A stretch of DNA of 64,000 nucleotides from Tubulanus polymorphus (GCF_964204645.1 NC_134026.1:11617950-11681949), one strand, 5' to 3'; positions 1 through 13,357 are shown, counted from the first letter of the stretch. Program-made: numbers and translations. The notes: generated from the letters alone by a model not told the origin.

Positions 1-473
1 AATATAGCCATCCAGGCTCTCGCGTATAGATACCGTAGCTGCATTCATTAGCTCTATCCAGGGAAGTTACTGCAAGGGCTATTGCTTGTATATGCGGCAC
101 AAAAATTCCTCAGTTGCGTTCACTCGAGACTGACCTCATTCAGTGCGCCACATATATATAAAGATACTAAAAAACTACAGATCTAGTACACCAGCTCTAT
201 CACTGCTTATATGGACACTGACACAAACAGACGCACTGACGCGCTGTGGGAATGACACGTAGGCAATGCACATACGTAGATGGATAGTGTTTGAATCGGG
301 CTTAAATTTCGATGTTTAGAGGCTCACAGTGAGTAAACAGTGCAATTCTGATTAATATCATATACAGTATTTGTCAATGCAGCGTAGTACTTGTGATACC
401 GAATGGTTTCACCGACAGTGAAAGTAAGTTGCAGTTGTTTATATCCTTTCAGTAAGATCCAGTGTGAAAAAGA

Positions 474-477
<4 letters not shown>

Positions 478-543
<66 letters not shown>
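478..543. repeat. (AAT)22 microsatellite
   Basis: Perfect AAT run. It explains the poly-N and poly-Y ORFs at 403..612 and 449..646. Confidence 0.97.
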
Positions 544-590
544 CAGCAGGAATACAATAGGGTTTCTGCGAAGGCAGCAGAAACCCTAAA
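478..590 (+). mobile_element. 3' end of a Helentron-associated (HINE/DINE-1-like) element
   Basis: The microsatellite is followed by a 12-bp-stem hairpin, TAGGGTTTCTGC (558-569) / GCAGAAACCCTA (577-588), which ends in an A-run. This is the usual HINE 3' architecture. Confidence 0.5.
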
Positions 591-619
591 TATAGCTGCA
601 AAGCAGCGATAACGGGTTT

Positions 620-900
620 TCTGCACAGTCTTAGAATCCTGTTCAACGGTGGATTTCAACAAAGCATTTGATAAGGCTCAACATCAGCCATTACTAAAGA
701 GGCTATTAGGAAACAGAATCAATGATAGGTCGTTAAAATGGCTCAGCAGTTATCTCTGAACGGAAACTTGTAACCGAAATCAACGGAACGCCTCATCTTG
801 GAATGAGACGGTCTAACTAGTGGAGTCACGCAAGGTAGTATCCTAAGTCGTCTTCTGTTTAATGTCCTGACAAATGACATACACAGTAATCCAAAATATA
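620..900 (+). pseudogene. CR1/L2-type LINE reverse transcriptase remnant (macro-unit 1)
   Basis: Translates to VDFNKAFDKAQHQPLLKRLLGNRINDRSLKWLSSYL* and GVTQGSILSRLLFNVLTNDI, which match the RT motifs DFxKAFD and GVPQGS. Contains a stop and a frameshift. Confidence 0.85.
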
Positions 901-962
901 CCAGACCGAGTAAATTTCCAAAACGACCTTAACACACTGTTCGACCAAAAAACTTAATGTTC

Positions 963-1297
963 CGACAAAACCACGGGGACAAAACCAAAATTATGAATTG
1001 TCGCGGGTGACAAAACCAAAATATTGAAATGTCATGGGCGACAAAACAAAAATAATGAATTGTCGCGGGCGATAAAACCAAAATAATGATTTGTCGCGGG
1101 CGATAAAACCACAATAATGAATTGTCGCGGGCGTTAAAACCAAAATATTGAATTGTCGCGGCGATAAAACCAAAATAATTAATTGTCGCGGCGATAAAAC
1201 CAAAATAATTAATTGTCGTGGACGACAAAAACAAAATATTGAATTGTTGCCTGTGACAAAACCAGAATAATGAATTGTCGCGGGAGACAAAACCAAA
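963..1297. repeat. 31-bp satellite array (consensus GAATTGTCGCGGGCGA[C/T]AAAACCAAAATAAT)
   Basis: Head-to-tail monomers read directly from the sequence. Confidence 0.95.
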
Positions 1298-2491
1298 TTA
1301 GGGGTCCAGGGACACCATGCTCACTTGGGAAGTGGTTTCAAATGCTCAACAATCTAACAATTTCAATACATAACGCCCTCTAGTGACCATATACAAAAAC
1401 CAATGACCTTGAAACCCACCACAATCATAGAACATGTGAGCAGCTATGATTTTGTAATTGATTGTGATAACAAAATATGCCTCGTTACCAATTTAATATG
1501 GAAATACTAAGTTATTCTACTATTCAACGCCCCTGGTGACCATATGCAAAACCCAATGACCTTAAAACTCACCACAATCGTAGTACATGTCATGAAATAC
1601 AACTTTGCAATTGATCATAGTAACAAAATATGCCTAGGTACCAATCTAATAAGGAAATACTAGGCCATTCTACTATTCAACGCCCCCTGGTGACTATATG
1701 GAATAACTAATGTCCTTAAAAACTCACCACAATCATAGACGATGTCATGATCTACAACTTAGCAATGGATCATGGTAACAAACTATGCCTAGGTACCAAT
1801 CTAATAAGGAAAAACTAAGCTTTCCTACTATTCAACGCCCCCTGGTGACTATATGGAATAACTAATGTCCTTAAAAACCCACCACAATCATAGACGATGT
1901 CATGGACTACAACTTTGCAATTGATCATGGTAACAAAATATGCCTTGGTACAAATATAATATAGCAATACTAAGTTATTGTATTATTCAACGCCCCCTGA
2001 TGGCCACATACTAAAACCAATGACCTTGAAACTCACCAAAATCATAAAACACGTTATGGGCTACAACTTTCCAATTGAATATAGCAACACAATATGCTTA
2101 GGTATCAATTTAATGTGGAAAAACTTTTTCCCACCTACGAATGAGTACTGATGACACCAAGATGGCCGCCAATTGCGTCATAATTGGCTGATCAAAAATA
2201 CCTGTCCCAGGTATAAAACATCCCTCTCCAAAGAATACCCATCAGCAATTGCAATGAGAAATGGCAAACCAGTAGGAAGCTACAGGACCTAGAATTCTGG
2301 CCAAAATTGACATTTTTGGGCACTAAAAAGGTCATAGGACGGCCATCTTGAGTCAGATCGACCCAATTTTCTTATGCTGATGGGCCTATGGTAGATTCAA
2401 ATATAAACGAAAGATCAAGGTAATTGATCAAAGCGTCTTCAAAATTTCCCACGAAAACTTCGAAAATGTTTAGAAAGTCCCAAGTGGACTG
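1298..2491 (+). mobile_element. HINE/Pearl-like non-autonomous Helentron derivative, copy 1 (internally deleted near 3' end)
   Basis: Subterminal inverted repeat CACTTGGGA / TCCCAAGTG. Five ~154-bp core repeats (TATTCAACGCCCCCTGGTGAC). Inserted in an A-tract of the satellite. Confidence 0.8.
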
Positions 2492-3690
2492 AAAAAGAAT
2501 TGTCGCGGGCGACAAAACCAAACTTATGAATTGTCGCGGGTGATAAAACCAAAATATTGAATTGTCGCGGGCGACAAAACCAAACTAATGAATTGTCGCG
2601 GGCGATAAAACCAAACTAATGAATTATCGCGGGCGATAAAACAAAAATATTGAATTGTCGCGGGCGATAAAACCAAAATAATGAATTGTCTCGGGCAATA
2701 AAACCAAAATAATGAATTGTCGCGGGCGACAAAACCAAAATAATGAATTGTCGCGGGCGTCAAAACCAAAAACAAGAATTGTCGCGGGCGACAAAACCAA
2801 AATGGTGAATTTTCGCGGGCGACAAAACCAAAATAATGAATTGTCGCGGGCGATAAAACCAAAATAATGAATTGTCGCGGGCGATAAAACTAAAATAATG
2901 AATTGTCTCGGGCGACAAAACCAAAATAATGAATTGTCGCGGGCGATAAAACCAAAATAATGAATTATCGCGGGTGTTAAAACCAAAATATTGAATTGCC
3001 GCGGGCGACAAAAACAAAATAATGAATTGTCGCGGGCGATAAAACCAAAATAAAGAATTGTCGCGGGCGATAAAACCCAAATAATGAATTGTCGCGGGCG
3101 TCAAAACCAAAAACAAGAATTGTCGTGGGCGACAAAACCAAAATGGTGAATTGTCGCTGGCGACAAAACCAAAATAATGAATTGTCGCGGGCGACAAAAC
3201 CAAAATAATGAATTGTCGCGGGCGACAAAACCAAAATAATGAATTGTCGCGGGCGATAAAACCGTAATAATGAATTGTCGCGGGCGACAAAACCAAAATA
3301 ATGGATTATCGCGGGCGATAAAACCAAAATATTGAATTGTCGCGGGCGATAAAACCAAAATATTGAATTGTCGCTGGCGATAAAACCAAAATATTGAATT
3401 GTCGCGGGCGACAAAACCAAAATAGAAAATTGTCGCGGGCGACAAAAACAAAATACAAAACCAAAATAATGAATTGTCGCGGGCGACAAAACCAAAAAGA
3501 AGAATCGTCGCGGGCGACAAAACCAAAATAATGCATTGTCGCTGGCGATAAAACCAAAGTAGTGAATTGTCGTGGGCGATAAAACCAAAATAATGAATTG
3601 TGGCGGGCGACAAAATCAAAATCATTGTTTTCTCGCGTTATTTTAGTTTTGTCGTTTTGTCGTAATGTCGCCCTCATTTGCATATTCCTG
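2492..3690. repeat. 31-bp satellite array with conserved terminal segment
   Basis: Tandem monomers ending in ...CGCGTTATTTTAGTTTTGTCGTTTTGTCGTAATGTCGCCCTCATTTGCAT. Confidence 0.95.
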
Positions 3691-3699
3691 TTTTTTTAT

Positions 3700-4667
3700 C
3701 TTATCAGCCACCATACTAAAGCTTTAAGGTCGCGTAAAACTCGATAAACACTTCAAGCGACACAGCAAACGATCTCCTTTCCCCACAGCGAACGCTTACT
3801 CCGAATGTCCAGTGCGAGTCCAGCATACGGATAGGAGTGTGTTATATACTTGTATTTAGTAAATACCTTGTGGATTTGACAATGATCGGTATGTACTGTA
3901 GGAAATATCGAGTATTGATGGTATTGATATAGAGGCCCGCGGCCGAATAAAGGAATACATTCTTTTATTTTGATACCTCGTCGACATAACAGCTTTTGTC
4001 CGCTATATCTCTTCGGCGTGTTTAGTTTAGGCCTTCGACTCCCCGGTACACTTATGATTTTTCTTAGTAAAAACACGGTAATTTTGGTAAAGAAAAATAG
4101 GTTTTGCTAAATTAACTACTTGACGCCCGCAGCCAAATCACTGGTAGTAATAAATTAATTTGTACTCGATTTGATTCTCAGAATGAGGAGAAACTCGCAG
4201 CTGATTCCCGGAACGACGATGTAGTGACACACGTCGATTTGTCGATGTTTACGGCTCGACAGTGCTTTTAAAATCTAAAGTAGTAAATTTCCTCTGTATT
4301 GGTATTATAATTTGATGAGGAAAATGGGTTATTGTTAAAATTAGTTTTTAAAAACCGCGACAGAATGTGCAATCTTTGGTTAATAAATTTGTTAATTTAT
4401 GCTTGAATTGATAATCGATGTGACAAGAAACGTGCGGTAGATTTCGGAAAGACGACTTAGAAAAACATGTCGGCTCTTTGAATGGGGCTCAATTTTCGAT
4501 GTTTACGGCCCGACAGTGCTTTTGTAACGTTGATTCTTCAAAATACGCACGGAGTATTTGTAGATCGAAGTGAGCTGAATGATATCAGACGGATTGTATC
4601 GGCAACAGCGGTAATGTAAAAAAGCCTATGTACTTTTGACAAAAAAGTGTGGAAAAAAATAATAATA
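3700..4667. repeat. Non-coding block B of the macro-repeat (other copies at ~7996, 12343, 16931, 41627)
   Basis: Starts CAGCCACCATACTAAAGC(T/C)TTAAG and recurs five times at high identity. Confidence 0.9.
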
Positions 4668-4699
4668 AATATAGCTGCAAAGCAGCGATAACGGTTTTC

Positions 4700-4980
4700 T
4701 GCACAGTCTTAGAATCCTGTTCAACGGTGGATTTCGACGAAGCATTTGATAAGGCACAACATCAGCCGTTACTTAACAGGCTATTAGGAAACAGTATCAA
4801 TGATAGGTCGCCCAAATGGCTCAGCAGTTATCTCTGAACGAAAACTTGTAGCCGAAATCAACGGAACGCCTCATCTTGGAATAAGTCGGTCAAACTAGTG
4901 GAGTCACGCAATGTAGTATCCTAAGTTGTCTTCTGTTTAATGTCCTGACAAATGACATACACAGTGATCCAACATATACC
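4700..4980 (+). pseudogene. CR1/L2-type RT remnant (macro-unit 2)
   Basis: ORF 4649..4837 contains VDFDEAFDKAQHQPLLNRLLGNSINDRSPKWLSSYL, a paralog of 620-900. Confidence 0.85.
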
Positions 4981-5009
4981 AGACCGAGTAAATTTCCAAA
5001 TCGACCTTA

Positions 5010-5580
5010 ACACGCTGTTCGACCAAAAAACTTAATGTTCCAACAAGAAAATCTTGTTCCAATGAAAATAATTCTGTTTGATCGAACAATACGCTTTTTG
5101 CTTGAACCAAAAATTTTCTTCATTCTGACAAAAAATGTGTTCGAATAAAAAGCTATGTTATTGTTGAAATGAAAAATTTTAAGTCCCGGCAAAAAAATTT
5201 GGTCGAGCGAAAACAATTTTTTCGAATGAATGTTTGAATGAAAACAATTCTGTTCGATTGAACGAAATACTTCATACTTTCGGTTCGGAGAAAAAACTTT
5301 TTTCAATGTACTTGTTCGAACGAAAAACTTAATGTTCTGACAAGAAAATTCTGTTCAAATTAAAAAAGATTCTGTTCAATTGAACGATTGTTCGAACGAA
5401 AAACCTTTCGTTTGGACAAAAAAAAGTTTGTTCAACTTTGTTCTTACGATTTTTTCAAATTGGTTCAATCGTATAGAATATTATTGGTTCGAACGAAATA
5501 AATTTTGTTCCGACGAAAGAATTTTCAAGCGAAAGGTCTCTTGAACGAAAAAAAAAAGATATTTCTGGTGCTTCGCAGTA
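5010..5580. repeat. AT-rich degenerate TGTTCGA(A) motif array, probable non-autonomous element remnant
   Basis: Recurrent TGTTCGA and TCGAAC motifs. Its 5' part is also present at 935-962, 9575-9602, 16120-16210, 18520-18552 and 42870-42900. Confidence 0.5.
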
Positions 5581-6049
5581 ACTTAAAGCCGGACGTAGGT
5601 TGGTCTTGTGACACGATGCGATCCTCGCATTGCATCGCAAGTTTCGGTGCAAGTCGGTTGCAATACGATTGTTGCGACTAGTTTCTGCCAGTCGCAAGAG
5701 CGCGTCGGTTGGTTGTGACAGTCGTGTCGCGTCGCAGAAAGTAGAACACGTACGACTCCATGTGACTGGCGTTGCTGAAAGATGAGGACGCCAGTGATAT
5801 GACGACTGAGTTTCAATTCGTCAAAACGTCACGATATGTCAACATATTTACCGGTATGTTGACTTGATGCGATATATCGCGATATATCGACATAAATATG
5901 GCGACTTGTCGAGTTGGAACGCAACAACTCGAGGCCCTTTATCGCTTCCGTAGATCTTTCACTAAGTAGGATCACTTGAATGATCGCTTTAATATCACTT
6001 TAAAAAAAAAAGAATCTGCCAAAATGACCTTAATATTCGACACTATATC

Positions 6050-6473
6050 TACGGAAGCGATAAGGGGCCTGGAGATGTCGCGTTCCAACTCGACAAGTCG
6101 GCATATTTATGTCGACATACCTCAATATATTGCGTCAAGACGACATGAATATGTCGATATATCGTGACTTGGAGCCTCGACTAGACATTTTGACGACATA
6201 TTTCGTTTTCTCGACCATTTTCCTCGCGACAAGTCGACATATTCATGACGACTTGAAACTCAGTCGTCAAATTACAAGCGTCCTCATCTTACATTTAGAC
6301 ATGTCTTCAAATGACGGCTTGTCCCGTGGAAAATGAGCAAAAAAGCGAAATTTGTTGTGAAAACGTCACGATATGTAGACATATTCATGTGGACTTGACG
6401 CGATATATCGACATAAATATGGCGACTTGTCGAGTTTGAACGCGACAACTCGAGGCCCTTTATCGCTTCCGTA
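6050..6473. mobile_element. MITE with ~110-bp imperfect TIRs and 7-bp target duplication
   Basis: Ends are TACGGAAGCGATAAGGGGCCT... and ...AGGCCCTTTATCGCTTCCGTA, flanked by CTATATC (6043-6049 and 6474-6480). A partial related copy lies at 5779-5952. Confidence 0.75.
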
Positions 6474-6563
6474 CTATATCAGATTAATCGACTTCAAAAT
6501 AGGCGAAAGCATAAGTCTTTATTACGTTATTAATTGGCCTAATTATTCAAAAGCTAATAAAGT

Positions 6564-7970
6564 GGGCGACAAAACCAAAAAAATTAATTGTCGCGGGCGA
6601 TAAAACCAAAATAATCATTTGTCGCTGGCGATAAAGCCAAAATATTGAATTGTCGCGGGCGACAAAACCAAAAAAAAAAAATTGTCGCGGGCGATAAAAC
6701 CAAAATCTAGAATTGTCGCCGGCGACAAAACCAAAATATTGAATTGTCACGGCCGACAAAACCAAACTAATGAATTGTCGCGGGCGATAAAACCAAAATA
6801 ATGAATTGTCGCTGGCGATAAAACCAAAATAATGTATTGTCGCTGGCAATAAAACCAAAATATTGAATTGTCGCAGGCGATGAAACCAAAATATTTAATT
6901 GTCGCAGGCGATAAAACCAAAATATTGAATTGTCGCGTGGGACAAAACCAAAATATTGAAATGTCGCGGGTGACAAAACCAAACTAATGAATTGTCGCGG
7001 GCGATAAAACCAAAATAATGAATTGTCGCTGGTGATAAAACCAAACTAATGAATTGTCGCGGGCGATAAAACCAAAATAATGAATTGTCGCTGGCGATAA
7101 AACCAAAATATTGAATTGTCGCAGGCGATTAAACCGCGACAAAAAAAAAAATTGTCGCTGGCGATAAAACCAAAATAATGAATTGTCGCGGGCGATTAAA
7201 CCAAAATAATGAATTGTCGCGGGCGATAAAACCAAAATAATGAATTGTCGCTGGTGATAAAACCAAAATATTGAATTGTCGCAGGCGATAAAACCAAAAT
7301 ATTGAAGTGTCGCAGGCGATAAAACCGCAACAAACAAAAAAATTGTCGCGAGCGATAAAACCAAAATAATGAATTGTCGCGGGCGATGAAATCAAAATAA
7401 TGAATTGTCTCGGGCGATAAAACCAAAATAATGAATTGTCGCAGGCGATAAAACCGCGACAAAAAAAAAATTGTCGCTGGCGATAAAACCAAAATAATGA
7501 ATTGTCGCGGGCGATTAAACCAAAATAATGAATTGTCGCGGGCGATAAAACCAAAATAATGAATTGTCGCTGGTGATAAAACCAAAATATTGAATTGTCG
7601 CAGGCGATAAGACCAAAATATTGAAGTGTCGCAGGCGATAAAAACGCGAAAAAAAAAAAAAATTGTCGCGAGCGATAAAACCAAAATAATGAATTGTCGC
7701 GTGCGACAAAACCAAAATAATGAACTGTCGCGGGTGATAAAATCAAAGTAATGAATTGTCGCGGGCGATTAAACCAAAATAATGAATTGTCGCGGGCGAC
7801 AAAACCAAAATAATGAACTATCGCGGGCGATAAAACCAAAATAATGAATTGTCGCGGGCGATGAAACCAAAATAATGAATTGTCGCGGGCGACAAAACCA
7901 AAATTATTGTTTCGTCGCGTTATTTTAGTTTTGTCGTTTCGTCATAATGTCGCCCTCATTTGCATATACG
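6564..7970. repeat. 31-bp satellite array with conserved terminal segment
   Basis: Tandem monomers and the same end as 3610-3690. Confidence 0.95.
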
Positions 7971-9259
7971 TGTTTTTTTTACGCATGGCCCTTATCAGCC
8001 ACCATACTAAAGCCTTAAGGTCGCGTAAAACTCGATAAACACTTCAAGCGACACAGCGAACGATTTCCTTTCCCCCACAGCGAACGCTTAACCTAGTAGA
8101 GGCTACTAGCCTATGTAGGCCTAACATCCGGACAGATTGGTCGTAGGCCTATTGAATAACAACCCACCTAAATATCGTAAATTTTGTTTGAAGTTCAATC
8201 CAATGAGTCCGTTAATAAACGCAACAATTATACTGTGTTTGTTTGAGACAGTAAAGCTCAGTACCGGTAGGCCTAAAGCCGCGTCAAACTCGATAAACAC
8301 TTCAAGCAACACAGCGAACGATCCCTTTCCCCCACAGCGAACGCTTACTCCGAATGTCAAGTGTGAGTCCAGCATACGGACAGGATTGTGTTATATACTT
8401 GTATTTAGTAAATACTTTGTGCATTTGACAATGATCGGTATGTACTGTAGGAAATATAGAGTATTGATGGTATTGATATAGAGGTTGAAGCCCGCGGCCG
8501 AATAAAGTAATATATTCTTTTATTTTGATACCTCGTCGACATAACAGCTTTTCTCCGCTATATCTCTTCGGCGTATTTCGTTTAGGCCTACGACTCCCCG
8601 GTACACTTATGATTTATCTTAGTAGGCTACACGGTTAATTTGATAAAGAAAAATAGGTATTGCTAAACTAACTGCTTGACGCCCGCAGCCAAATCACTCG
8701 TAGTAATAAATTAATTTGTACTCGATTTGATTCTCATGATGAGGTGAAACTCGCAGCTGATCCCCGGAACGACGATGTAGTGCCACACGTCGATTCGTCG
8801 ATGTTAACGGCTCGACAGTGCTTTTAAAATCTAAAGTAGTAAATTTCCTGTATATCGGTAATACGATTTGATGAGGAAAATGGGCTATTGTTAAAATTAG
8901 TTTTTAAAAACCGCGACAGAATGTGCAATCTTTGGGTAATAAATTTGTTAATTTATGCTTGAATTGATAATTGATGTGACAAGAAACGTGCGGTAGATTT
9001 CGAAAAGAGGACTTAGAAAAACATGTCGGCTCTTTGAATGGGACTCAATTTTCGATGTTTACGGCCCGACAGTGCTTTTGTAACGATGATTCTTCAAAAT
9101 ACGCACGGCCGTATTTGTAGATCGAAGTGAGCTGAATGATATCAGACGAATTGTATCGACAACAGCGGCAAGGTAACAAAGCCTTTGTTCTTTTAGTAAA
9201 AATAGTGTGGAAGAAAATAATAATAATAAATATAGCTGCAAAGCAGCGATAACGGGTTT

Positions 9260-9540
9260 TCTGCACAGTCTTAGAATCCTGTTCAACGGTGGATTTCAAC
9301 AAAGCATTTGATAAGGCTCAACATCAGCCATTACTAAAAAGGCTATTAGGAAACAGTATCAATGATAGGTCGTTAAAATGGCTCAGCAGTTATCTCTGAA
9401 CGGAAACTTGTAACCGAAATCAACGGAACGCCTCATCTTGGAATGAGACGGTCTAACTAGTGGAGTCACGCAAGGTAGTATCCTAAGTCGTCTTCTGTTT
9501 AATGTCCTGACAAATGACATACACAGTAATCCAAAATATA
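9260..9540 (+). pseudogene. CR1/L2-type RT remnant (macro-unit 3)
   Basis: Near-identical to 620-900 at an offset of 8640 bp. Confidence 0.85.
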
Positions 9541-9602
9541 CCAGACCGAGTAAATTTCCAAAACGACCTTAACACACTGTTCGAACAAAAAACTTAATGT
9601 TC

Positions 9603-9999
9603 CGACAAAACCACGGGGACAAAACCAAAATTATGAATTTTCGCGGGTGACAAAACAAAAATATTGAAATGTCACGGGCGACAAAACCACAATAATGAAT
9701 TGTCGCGGGCGATAAAACCACAATAATGAATTGTCGCGGGCGTTAAAACCAAAATATTGAATTGTCGCGGCGATAAAACCAAAATAATGAATTGTCGCGG
9801 ACGACAAAAACAAAATATTGAATTGTCGCGGGCGATAAAACCAAAATAATGAATTGTCGCGGGCGATAAAACCACAATATTGAATTGTCGCGGCGATAAA
9901 ACCAAAATAATGAATTGTCGCGGACGACAAAAACAAAATATTGAATTGTTGCGTGCGACAAAACCAGAATAATGAATTGTCGCGGGAGACAAAACCAAA
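9603..9999. repeat. 31-bp satellite array
   Basis: Tandem monomers, paralogous to 963-1297. Confidence 0.95.
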
Positions 10000-11250
10000 C
10001 TAGGGGTCCAGGGACACCATGCTCACTTGGGAAGTGGTTTCAAATGCTCAACAATCTAACAATTTCAATACATAACGCCCTCTAGTGACCATATACAAAA
10101 ACCAATGACCTTGAAACCCACCACAATCATAGAACATGTGAGCAGCTATGATTTTGTAATTGATTGTGATAACAAAATATGCCTCGTTACCAATTTAATA
10201 TGGAAATACTAAGTTATTCTACTATTCAACGCCCCTGGTGACCATATGCAAAACCCAATGACCTTAAAACTCACCACAATCGTAGTACATGTCATGAAAT
10301 ACAACTTTGCAATGGATCATGGTAACAAAGTATGCCTAGGAACCAATCTAATAAGGAAAAACTAAGCTTTTCTACTATTCAACGCCCCCTAGTGACTATA
10401 TGGAATAACTAATGTCCTTAAAAACTCACCACAATCATAGACGATGTCATGAACTAAACTTTGCAATTGATCATGGTAACAAAATATGCCTTGGTACAAA
10501 TATAATATAGCAATACTAAGTTATTGTTTTATTCAACGCCCCCTGATGGCCACATACTAAAACCAATGACCTTGAAACTCACCAAAATCATAGAACACGT
10601 TATGGGCTACAACTTTCCAATTGAATATAGTAACACAATATGCTTAGGTATCAATTTAATGTGGAAAAACTTTTTCCCACCTACGAATGAGTACTGATGA
10701 CACCAAGATGGCCGCCAATTGCGTCATAATTGGCTGATCAAAAATACCTGTCCCAGGTATAAAACATCCCTCTCCAAAGAATACCCATCAGCAATTGCAA
10801 TGAGAAATGGCAAACCAGTAGGAAGCTACAGGACCTAGAATTCTGGCCAAAATTGATATTTTTGGGCACTAAAAAGGTCATAGGACGGCCATCTTGAGTC
10901 AGATCGACCCAATTTTCTTATGCTGATGGGCCTTTGGTAGATTCAAATATAAACGAAAGATCAAGGTAATTGATCAAAGCGTCTTCAAAATTTCCCACGA
11001 AAACTTCGAAAATGTTTAAAAAGTGCTGATTTTGGCAAACAACAATGGCTGCCAGCCAGCCATCTTGAATCTGACAGGGCCAGTTTTAGGGCTGACGATG
11101 TGTCTAGGGTAGATACATGTATAAACCAAATATCAAGACATTACCTTGAAGCGTCTTCAAAACTTCCCAAAATAACTGGATTCCGTCTATGGACGGACGG
11201 ACGAAAAGTGAACACGATAGCCCGCTGGGACTAAAGTCCCAAGTGGACTG
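10000..11250 (+). mobile_element. HINE/Pearl-like element, copy 2 (complete ends)
   Basis: 5' CTAGGGGTCC...CTCACTTGGGA, four ~154-bp cores, a (GGAC)3 microsatellite at ~11191-11203, and a 3' hairpin TGGGACT-AA-AGTCCCA overlapping TCCCAAGTG, followed by an A-run. Confidence 0.85.
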
Positions 11251-12325
11251 AAAAAGAATTGTCGCGGGCGAAAAAACCAAACTAATGAATTGTCGCAGGT
11301 GATAAAACCAAAATATTGAATTGTCGCAGGCGACAAAACCAAACTAATGAATTGTCGCGGGCGATAAAACCAAAAAAAAATGAATTGTCTCGGGCGATAA
11401 AACCAAAATAATGAATTGTCTCGGGCGACAAAAACAAAATATTGAATTGTCACGTGCGACAAAACCAAAATAATGAATTGTCGCGGGCGACAAAACCAAA
11501 ATAATGAATTGTCGCGGGCGATAAAACCAAAATAATGAATTGTCGCGGGCGACAAAACCAAAATAATGAATTGTCGCGGGCGACAAAACCAAAATAATGA
11601 ATTGTCGCGGGCGATAAAACCAAAATAATGAATTGTCTCGAGCGACAAAACCAAAATAATGAATTGTCGCGGACGATAAAAACAAAATATTGAATTGTCG
11701 TGGGCGATAAAACCAAAATAATGAATTATCGCGGGCGATAAAACTAAAATATTGAATTGTCGCGGGCGATTAAACCAAAATAATGAATTGTCGCGGGCGA
11801 CAAAACCAAAATAATGAATTGTCGCGGGCGATAAAACCAAAATAATGAATTGTCACGGGCGACAAAACCAAAATGGTGAATTGTCGCGGGCGACAAAACC
11901 AAAATAATGAATTGTCGCGGGCGATAAAACCGTAATAATGAATTGTCGCGGGCGATAAAACCAAAATAATGAATCTTCTCAGGCGACAAAACCAAAATAA
12001 TGAATTATCGCGGGCGATAAAACCAAAATATTGAATTGTCGCGGGCGATAAAACCAAAACATTGAATTGTCGCGGGCGACAAAGCCAAAAAAGAAAATTG
12101 TCGCGGGCGACAAAAACAAAATATAAAACCAAAATAATGAATTGTCGCGGGCGACAAAACCAAAAAGAAGAATTGTCGCGGGCGATAAAACCAAAGTAAT
12201 GAATTGTCGTGGGCGATAAAACCAAAATAATGAATTGTCGCGGGCGACAAAATCAAAATCATTGTTTTCTCGCGTTATTTTAGTTTTGTCGTTTTGTCGT
12301 AATGTCGCCCTCATTTGCATATTCG
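11251..12325. repeat. 31-bp satellite array with conserved terminal segment
   Basis: Tandem monomers and the conserved end. Confidence 0.95.
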
Positions 12326-13200
12326 TATTTTGTTATCTTATCAGCCACCATACTAAAGCTTTAAGGTCGCGTAAAACTCGATAAACACTTCAAGCGACAC
12401 AGCGAACGATCTCCTTTCCCCCACAGCGAACGCTTACTCCGAATGTCAAGTGTGAGTCCAGCATACGGATAGGAGTGTGTTATATACTTGTATTTAGTAA
12501 ATACCTTGTGGATTTGACAATGATCGGTATGTACTGTAGGAAATATAGAGTATTGATGGTATTGATATGGAGGCCCGTGGCCGAATAAAGTAATATATTC
12601 TTTTATTTTGATACCTCGTCGACATAACAGCTTTTCTCCGCTATATCTCTTCGGCGTGTTTAGTTTAGGCCTACGACTCCCCGGTACACTTATGATTTAT
12701 CTTAGTAAAACCACGGTAAATTTGGTAAAGAAAAATAGGTATTGCTAAATTAACTGCTTGACGCCCGCAGCCAAATCACTGGTAGTAATAAATTAATTTG
12801 TACTCGATTTGATTCTCAGAATGAGGAGAAACTCGCAGCTGATTCCCGGAACGACGATGTAGTGACACACGTCGATTTGTCGATGTTTACGGCTCGACAG
12901 TGCTTTTAAAATCTAAAGTAGTAAATTTCCTGTGTATCAGTAATATAATTTGATGAGGGAAATGGGTTACTGTTAAAATTAGTTTTTAAAAACCGCGACA
13001 GAATGTGCAATTTTTCGGTAATAAATTTGTTAATTTATGCTTGAATTGATAATCTATGTGACCCAAGAAACGTGCGGTAGATTTCGGACAGACAACTTAG
13101 AAAAACATGTCGGCTCTTTGAATGGGGCTCAATTTTCGATGTTTACGGCCCGACAGTGCTTTTGTAACGTTGATTCTTCAAAATTCGCACGTACTATTTG

Positions 13201-13357
13201 GAAAAGTATTTTGTGTTAATCTAGGAATTCTAACATATAAAGTTTCATCGGGATTAATATTTGAAGGATTATGAGTAATCATATGATGTGATCTTTCTGC
13301 TTTAATAGCATTAGTTATTCTAGAAATCTTGGAAGGACTTATATAACTCCCACTCAT
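13201..13357 (-). pseudogene. N-terminus of a Polinton-type major capsid protein (truncated)
   Basis: Manual translation gives MSGSYISPSKISRITNAIKAERSHHMITHNPSNINPDETLYVRIPRLTQNTF. This resembles from memory the NPSxI...LxVRxPxL N-terminus of adintovirus hexon-like proteins. Cut off at 13201. Confidence 0.6.

Noticed and set aside
403-646. Poly-Asn and poly-Tyr ORFs
   Set aside because: They are translations of the (AAT)22 microsatellite on the two strands.
1298-1304. TTAGGG as telomeric repeat
   Set aside because: It is a single occurrence at the HINE 5' end, and the other copies read CTAGGG.
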